This document shows positions 62,101 to 64,000 of a stretch of DNA of 64,000 nt, piece after piece. The translations under genes and the position numbers were made by a program. The notes beneath the pieces are model-generated. The model saw only the letters and a list, made by a program, of their open reading frames with translations, did no database searches and had not been told where the DNA came from. Each line of letters opens with the position of its first letter. The first letter of the stretch is position 1. The stretch lies in NCBI GenBank assembly GCA_964188305.1, contig OZ076897.1, one strand, 5' to 3'. Source of the stretch: Podarcis bocagei (Eukaryota).

Positions 62101-63318
62101 CCAAAACAGGGACTCTAGCTTGGCAGGGAACCTACTCTAGGAGTGTGGATAATAATGCTTAGAACAACTGTATAGATTACATTATAGAAGTAAACTAGTA
62201 ATATAGAATCACACATTATGATATATCAGAAACAATGTGCCCATTTCAAATTATTTCCCTGTATAATGTATACTGGAAAATAATCTATGTTTTGATGTCA
62301 CAGAATTATTGCTCCCCTGCCCCTCCATATTATAGGCTGATGGGGCTGGCTGATGCGTAGTATTAAAACTTAGATTAGTTCTTTGATGCATCACAGAGGT
62401 GGAAGAAGACCACATACGGCTGCCATCTTCAGCAGCAGTGCTTTGTTAATTGGAATGTGTAGCCGTCATTTAAATTCTTAATAGATTTTTACTAACTCCA
62501 CACAAATTTACTCTTTCAAAATAACAAATAAATGCACACAGGATAACATTTTTCTGCTTCAAGGGCAAGAGTCTATTCAGTAGCTGGTGTGGACACTTCA
62601 ATGGATGAACACTTTAATTTAGTGTGCGCTCTCTTGCTCTTTCTCTCTCTCTCCTCTCCCTTTTATTTTCTCATCTTCTTTTGTTGCAGCTTCCCAAAAA
62701 GCTGCTCTTAAGGGTGTTGGGACTTTTTGGAACAGTATGAACTTTGGGTTGGGGGGGATACAACTGGAGGGGGAAATCTGAGACCTCCCCCTGTGTGGGT
62801 GGAGATGTCTTCTGCTTGAGCAGGGGCTCTCTAGCTTCCATTCCATTAATATTATTCAGCACCAGTAAACATGGTACTTTGCATAGTAATGCTACAAAAG
62901 TAAATCCCTTGCCCAAGAAACTTGCTGTCTGTGGATGACATTTCTCTCAGTTTTGATCGTTTTCAAAGTCAGGGCATGTATTTTACAAAATTAGCCTTAC
63001 TGATGCCTGAAATTAACACAGTAATATTTTTTTCATAGTAATGGCTTTGTATTACTGCTTTCCAAAACAGTGTGATGTTTTCAACACACATTATTGGATG
63101 ACTGGACTCATATCCTCATAGATTTATGCAATCGTGGTAAATGTTTTCCTCTTCAGATGGACACATTTGTAAACCCACTGCGTAACTCTATGAGAAATGT
63201 TTCAAATGCTGTCAAGTCCTTCCCTGACAGCTTCGCAGAGGGGATGACTAAAATGTCAGACAACATGGGCAAAATGTCAGAAAGATTGGGACAAGACATA
63301 AAGCAATCATTTTTCAAG
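9502..63318 (+). CDS. SNX13: Sorting nexin 13 (RGS-PX1), spliced gene, coding exons 1-21; 3' end runs off the window
   Basis: 21 exons join across GT-AG introns with consistent phases into 2259 nt with no stop: MLAE-TSLSIWGWGSLG...VIQFSLRDYVQYWYYTLSDDESFLLEIRQ (PXA)...GGQAHLFFWMTVEGYRV (RGS)...WKTYRRYSDFHDFH..LPGKKTFNN (PX)...MDTFVNPLRNSMRNVSNAVKS. Matches vertebrate SNX13 as recalled. Confidence 0.98.
10588..10680. repeat. Old palindromic dispersed repeat (related copies near 2590, 12160, 19600, 22350, 42075)
   Basis: TGCAGACCTATG...AGAAGTAAGCCCCATTG/CAGTGGGACTATTCCCAGGT...CATAGGATTGC imperfect hairpin recurring in the window; class uncertain. Confidence 0.6.
11276..11451 (-). mobile_element. 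CR1-like LINE/SINE 3' fragment
   Basis: ACATAAGAAGA..CTGCTG.ATCAGG.CAGTGGCCCATCT.GTCC.GCATCCTGTTCTCACA; inverted relative to 25310-25445. Confidence 0.7.
12394..12776. mobile_element. Probable solo LTR (Gypsy-like)
   Basis: Sharp GC/CpG-rich 383-bp block starting TGTCAGGGAACTGCCATC and ending ACCATTATA (degenerate ..ACA); flanks CCAC / CCCC may be a mutated 4-bp TSD. Confidence 0.55.
13403..13586 (+). mobile_element. BovB (RTE) LINE 3' end
   Basis: GGAAAGATTGAGGGCACAAGGAGAAGG...GTCCATGGGGTCATGAAGAGTTGGACACGACTAAACAACTGAACAACAACAA, the characteristic BovB 3' terminus. Confidence 0.92.
13882..14184 (+). mobile_element. Near full-length tRNA-derived SINE (Squam3-like) with compound microsatellite tail
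   Basis: A box TGGTGTAGTGG, B-box-like GGTTTCGCGTTTCC, body ending GATATCAAATCCAAACT, tail (CTA)n(TTC)n(ATC)n; perfect TSD TCTAGATT (13874-13881, 14185-14192). Confidence 0.9.
16270..16582 (+). mobile_element. L2-clade LINE ORF2 remnant
   Basis: Translation WDYFHFMRSADV...LLKKLVLDTLDCKNYQPVADTHF..MVERVVA resembles the LLKKP.LDP...NYRPVSN.PFL.KV.ERVV motif upstream of L2/CR1 RT. Confidence 0.75.
18800..19008. mobile_element. Tc1/mariner (pogo/Tigger-like) MITE, 209 bp
   Basis: TA|CAGTCATACCT ... AGGTTCCACTG|TA; CpG-rich; internal 13-bp perfect inverted repeat 18861-18893. Confidence 0.85.
20600..20705 (-). mobile_element. CR1-tail SINE/LINE fragment
   Basis: CATAGGAACATAGGAAGCTGCCTTATGCT.AGTC..AC.A.TGGTCCATCTAGCT; reverse-complement similar to 57800-57845. 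Confidence 0.65.
20753..21140. mobile_element. Tc2/pogo-like MITE, right end missing
   Basis: TA|CCGTATTTTTCACTCTATAGGATGCAC left TIR (same type as 36077 and 44336); GC-rich internal repeats; no right TIR. Confidence 0.82.
21183..21566 (-). mobile_element. BovB (RTE) LINE ORF fragment
   Basis: Minus-strand translation ILKSRDITLPTKVRIVKAMIFPVVMYGSESWTIKKADRRRMDAFELWC*RTLLRVPWTTRRSNLSILKEISPECSLEGQ...GHLMRREDSLEKTLMLGK. Confidence 0.95.
21565..21645. mobile_element. Half copy of the hAT MITE seen at 3125
   Basis: Reverse complement of 3125-3204; ends CAGAAAAAAGCACTG. Confidence 0.85.
23535..23580. repeat. (TCAA)n microsatellite, 11.5 units
   Basis: Direct reading. Confidence 0.97.
25310..25445 (+). 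mobile_element. CR1-like 3' fragment
   Basis: GGCATCTGGTTAGCCACTGTGAGAA.AGGGATGCTGGACTAG...CCATTGGCC.GATCCA.CAGGGCT.TTCTT..ATGTTC. Confidence 0.7.
26649..27390 (-). mobile_element. L2-clade LINE 3' fragment (about 740 bp)
   Basis: Minus ORF VRLASTRTRAFSTLAPAWWNALPHETRALQDLISFRRACKTELFRLAFG (L2 C-terminus: RAFS..AP..WN.LP...R......F...LKT.LF), 3' UTR and (TAA)n tail. Confidence 0.92.
27405..27520 (+). mobile_element. Older L2 remnant
   Basis: Degenerate RLD.YN.L..GL.L.TVWKLQ.V...A..LLTG motif. Confidence 0.55.
29813..30004. mobile_element. Degraded hAT-Charlie-like MITE
   Basis: CAGAGTAGGGAAC..TGGCC ... GGCCCC..GGGCTGAAAAAGGTT...CTACCCTG; TSD not recognisable. Confidence 0.5.
31636..31748 (+). 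CDS. SNX13: SNX13 exon 2 (transmembrane region)
   Basis: ttccag|ACC...GG|gtaagt, 113 nt, TSLSIWGWGSLGVVLFLITFGPFAIFYFAFYILCFVGG. Confidence 0.97.
32001..32264. mobile_element. Tc1/mariner (pogo/Tigger-like) MITE, 264 bp
   Basis: TA|CAGTGGTGCCTCGCAA ... TTGCGGGGCACCACTG|TA (15/16 TIR); several internal TTCGTCTTGCGA-type motifs; CpGs retained. Confidence 0.92.
32559..32855. mobile_element. Old fold-back MITE (possibly PIF/Harbinger-like)
   Basis: Nested inverted arms CTTAAAAGCTCTG / CAGAGCTTTTAAG and GGAGCAAATGTCAAT / ATTGATGTTTGCTCC; ends GGCTTATCCACACTT / AAGTATGAATAACT. Confidence 0.55.
33122..33224 (+). CDS. SNX13: SNX13 exon 3
   Basis: ttctag|G...AAG|gtaagc, 103 nt, GFVVTLLFGKNNSETYLERCEHSYLPPTSFGITK. 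Confidence 0.97.
34399..34488 (+). CDS. SNX13: SNX13 exon 4
   Basis: cccaaag|TGC...CAA|gtaagt, 90 nt, CIEEMKQESKPIKIDRRLTGAYIIDEPLQQ. Confidence 0.95.
36077..36335. mobile_element. Tc2/pogo-like MITE, 259 bp, copy A
   Basis: TA TSDs; 27-bp TIRs CCGTATTTTTTGCTCTATAAGACTCAC / GTGCGTCTTATAGAGCGAAAAATACGG (25/27). Confidence 0.93.
37819..37940 (+). CDS. SNX13: SNX13 exon 5 (PXA domain)
   Basis: ttttag|GTT...AG|gtaaga, 122 nt, VIQFSLRDYVQYWYYTLSDDESFLLEIRQALQNALIQFSSR. Confidence 0.97.
38195..38334 (-). mobile_element. tRNA(Lys)-derived SINE with CR1-like tail (Squam2-like)
   Basis: Minus strand GATAGCTCAGTTGGTAGAGCATG...GAGTTCAAGCCCCATGTTGGG...ATTCCTGCACTGCAG...ATTCTATGATTCTA. Confidence 0.8.
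40149..40270 (+). CDS. SNX13: SNX13 exon 6 (PXA domain)
   Basis: tgaaag|G...G|gtaatg, 122 nt, SKEVDWQPYFTTRLVDDFTTHLRVFRKAQQRITENEDQIK. Confidence 0.97.
41260..41361 (+). CDS. SNX13: SNX13 exon 7 (PXA domain)
   Basis: atttag|AT...GAAG|gttttt, 102 nt, DGAEDLVNTFFEVEVETEKRVCRDLVCTSPKDEE; donor is weak but phase fits exon 8. Confidence 0.94.
41808..41896 (+). CDS. SNX13: SNX13 exon 8 (PXA domain)
   Basis: ctttag|GA...AGG|gtaaat, 89 nt, GFLRDLCEVLLYLLLPPGDFQNKIMRYFVR. Confidence 0.97.
44125..44192. repeat. Compound (CT)n(GT)n microsatellite
   Basis: Direct reading. Confidence 0.97.
44336..44595. mobile_element. Tc2/pogo-like MITE, copy B
   Basis: About 13 differences from copy A by eye, same orientation, TA TSDs. 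Confidence 0.93.
44602..44812. mobile_element. Tc1/mariner (pogo/Tigger-like) MITE
   Basis: TA|CAGTAGAACCT ... AGGTATGACAG|TA; same asymmetric end types as 18800-19008. Confidence 0.8.
45001..45084 (+). CDS. SNX13: SNX13 exon 9 (PXA domain)
   Basis: tttcag|GAA...ATG|gtaagc, 84 nt, EILARGILLPLINQLSDPDYINQYFIWM. Confidence 0.97.
45934..46072 (+). CDS. SNX13: SNX13 exon 10
   Basis: tattag|ATT...G|gttagt, 139 nt, IRDSICNYEAFMNIIKVSDKVGELEAVRDKAAEELQYLRSLDTGGD. Confidence 0.96.
47796..47884 (+). CDS. SNX13: SNX13 exon 11
   Basis: tttcag|AT...AAA|gtaagt, 89 nt, DINTIKNQINSLLFVKKVCDSRILRLQSGK. Confidence 0.97.
47949..48241. mobile_element. hAT non-autonomous element, 293 bp
   Basis: Perfect 8-bp TSD ATCTATAA (47941-47948, 48242-48249); TIRs CAGGGATGTCCAAC / GTTGGATGTCCGTG. 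Confidence 0.88.
48609..48745. mobile_element. Degraded hAT-Charlie-like MITE
   Basis: GGAAACCTATGGCCCTC..AATGTTG..GACT.CA.CTCCCATCA ... CAGGTTCCCCACCCCG. Confidence 0.65.
48926..49025 (+). CDS. SNX13: SNX13 exon 12 (start of RGS domain)
   Basis: atacag|GAA...G|gtaaga, 100 nt, EIDTVKLAANFGKLCTVPLDTILINNVALQFFM. Confidence 0.97.
49518..49711 (+). CDS. SNX13: SNX13 exon 13 (RGS domain)
   Basis: ttgtag|AT...AAG|gtaaaa, 194 nt, DYMQQMGGQAHLFFWMTVEGYRVTAQQQLEVLLSLQKDGRHQTTETKGLLKSAAVGIYDQYLSEK. Confidence 0.97.
50381..50485 (+). CDS. SNX13: SNX13 exon 14 (RGS domain)
   Basis: tggcag|GCA...AAG|gtatag, 105 nt, ASPRVNIDDTLVAKLAEKLNNEDPTPEIFDEIQRK. Confidence 0.97.
50942..51123. mobile_element. hAT MITE
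   Basis: TIRs CAGAGCTTTCCAAACT / AGTTTGGAAAGCTCT; TSD TTTTAGAT / CTTTAGAC (6/8). Confidence 0.82.
51185..51482. mobile_element. hAT-Charlie-like non-autonomous element
   Basis: CCGGGGTAAGCAACCT ... ACCTTGCCGGCCCCTG ends, GGCCC subterminal motifs, GC-rich. Confidence 0.75.
51772..51904 (+). CDS. SNX13: SNX13 exon 15 (end of RGS domain)
   Basis: cataag|GTA...G|gtaagt, 133 nt, VYDMMLRDERFYPSFRLHVLYVRMLAELDMLKDPSFRGSDDGEG. Confidence 0.97.
51917..51983 (+). mobile_element. L2/SINE 3' tail with (A)nT tail
   Basis: TGTGAACCACCCTGTGATCTTTGGGTGAAGGGC..TATA.A.ATTTAATAAATAAAATAAAAATAAA. Confidence 0.7.
52215..52235. repeat. (TG)n microsatellite
   Basis: Direct reading. Confidence 0.9.
52977..52995 (-). 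promoter_or_regulatory. CTCF motif match
   Basis: Minus strand CCACTAGGTGGCAGCA, close to the CTCF core consensus; motif only, binding not shown. Confidence 0.55.
53283..53320 (+). CDS. SNX13: SNX13 exon 16 (38-nt exon)
   Basis: tgacag|AA...TTG|gtaagt, ESFNGSPTGSINL. Confidence 0.96.
54785..54854 (+). CDS. SNX13: SNX13 exon 17
   Basis: ttctag|TCA...G|gtgagt, 70 nt, SLDDLSNMPADESIQLHAYISDT. Confidence 0.96.
55986..56146 (-). mobile_element. L2-like LINE 3' end
   Basis: (AAT)n tail + TTTATACCCCGCCCATCTGGCTG...CAGCCACTCTGGGC.GCT...CAGGGCTGCCTTCAGATGTCTT. Confidence 0.82.
57015..57187 (+). CDS. SNX13: SNX13 exon 18 (PX domain), long form; alternative in-frame start at 57048
   Basis: tgctag|TT...CAG|gtaata, 173 nt, VYADYDPYTVAGVCNDHGKTYALYAISVRRRTPNGDEVWKTYRRYSDFHDFHMRITEQ; second acceptor ggcag|GA 33 nt downstream gives 140 nt. 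Confidence 0.95.
57518..57652. mobile_element. Young hAT-Charlie-like MITE, 135 bp, nested in a CR1-tail retroposon
   Basis: 43-bp perfect inverted arms; TSD CTTTAGAG / CTTTAAAG; host retroposon continues on both sides (about 57480-57845) and holds a second, older copy at about 57680-57793. Confidence 0.93.
58336..58443 (+). CDS. SNX13: SNX13 exon 19 (PX domain)
   Basis: ttctag|TTT...CAG|gtatgt, 108 nt, FENLGSMLKLPGKKTFNNMDRDFLEKRKNDLNAYLQ. Confidence 0.97.
58530..58722 (-). mobile_element. L2-like LINE fragment
   Basis: Minus ORF TRQRAFLVVVPTLWNALLSVVKEINNHLTFRKHLKAAL; shares CAGGGCTGCCTTCAGATG with 56110. Confidence 0.85.
59809..59919 (+). CDS. SNX13: SNX13 exon 20 (end of PX domain)
   Basis: tcttag|CTT...AAG|gtaaga, 111 nt, LLLTPEVMKCYPALIHCVYDFLENKAYSKGKGEIARK. 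Confidence 0.97.
63157..63318 (+). CDS. SNX13: SNX13 exon 21
   Basis: cttcag|ATG...AAG|gtaaga, 162 nt, MDTFVNPLRNSMRNVSNAVKSFPDSFAEGMTKMSDNMGKMSERLGQDIKQSFFK. Confidence 0.97.
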
Positions 63319-64000
63319 GTAAGACTGCATTGAAGTAACGCACATTAGACTTGGTTCCATTTTGAGCCACCTCATTTAAACATGATCTGACTAGGCAAAG
63401 TGTGAGGTAACAGTTATGTTTAATAGTGTTGCCTTTCTTTTTATTTGGAAGAATGAAAAAAATAACTAGGAAGGAGTGCATAAGAACATAATCCTGCCAA
63501 AGTTCTTCTGGACACATGGACCCTGTGCAAGTCCAAATCTTGCTTGGGGTCATTTCACCTGATACACGTAATGCTAAACCATGGCTTAGTGAAACTTGCA
63601 AGCCAGCACTGTAAAATGTGGCAGAGTGAGTAAAACGTCTGTGGGTTCAGATACATAGATTAATACAGCTGCTATCATCAGTTGAGAAGCTTGATTGTTA
63701 AGTTGCCAAACATTCTCTTAAACAGAGCGTTTGGCAACCGTGAGCCATCTTCTTCATGAATGGTGCACCCTGTCATTTCTTTTAATCATTTTTGCCTTAC
63801 CAATACACTGCTGAATATGCAGTTACATCACTGTATAGGGTAGTTTTGTTTCAAAGACATGTAAAGCTCCCTGATGTTGATGTTAGTTAATTTAGGGTGG
63901 GCCACTACTGAAAATGCACACTCCCGTTCTTAATTTCAGAACACTGTCTGTGCTCCAGCACTTTCCTCAGATACTGGCAACTTTGCAACCCTTACTAAGT

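Noticed and set aside
9514-63156. Minor (U12) introns or pseudogene status for SNX13
   Set aside because: No donor matches RTATCCTT, and the joined frame has no stop or frameshift.
1-64000. A novel multi-gene system, second host gene or intact autonomous transposon
   Set aside because: Every recognisable coding segment belongs to SNX13 or to broken LINE fragments; no intact transposase, RT or viral ORF is present.

Overview
This is vertebrate genomic DNA, not prokaryotic. The repeat content (BovB/RTE, L2 and CR1 LINE fragments, Squam2- and Squam3-like SINEs, hAT and Tc1/mariner MITEs) points to a squamate, most likely a lacertid lizard. One protein-coding gene dominates the window: SNX13 (sorting nexin 13 / RGS-PX1) on the + strand. 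It has a CpG-island promoter at about 9.0-10.0 kb, a 4-codon first coding exon (ATG 9502), a 22-kb intron 1, and coding exons 1-21 ending at 63318. All 20 introns are GT-AG with matching phases. They join into an uninterrupted 2259-nt (753-codon) frame covering the TM hairpin, PXA, RGS and PX domains; the C-terminal exons lie beyond the window. The other ORF-track entries are TE remnants or chance ORFs. I found no convincing new multi-gene system. The best leads are post-transcriptional features of SNX13: two uORFs, a tandem 3' splice site at exon 18 behind a 124-nt AG-free RBFOX/NOVA/PTB-motif tract, a very non-consensus exon 7 donor, a cryptic GTAAGT inside exon 10, a retroposon-derived intronic poly(A) cluster that would drop the PX domain, and candidate micro/poison exons in intron 1. 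TE architecture adds twin MITEs bracketing an in-frame exon block, near-perfect intronic hairpins and a three-element deletion scar. Comparisons to human SNX13 and repeat-family names are from memory, not from a search.
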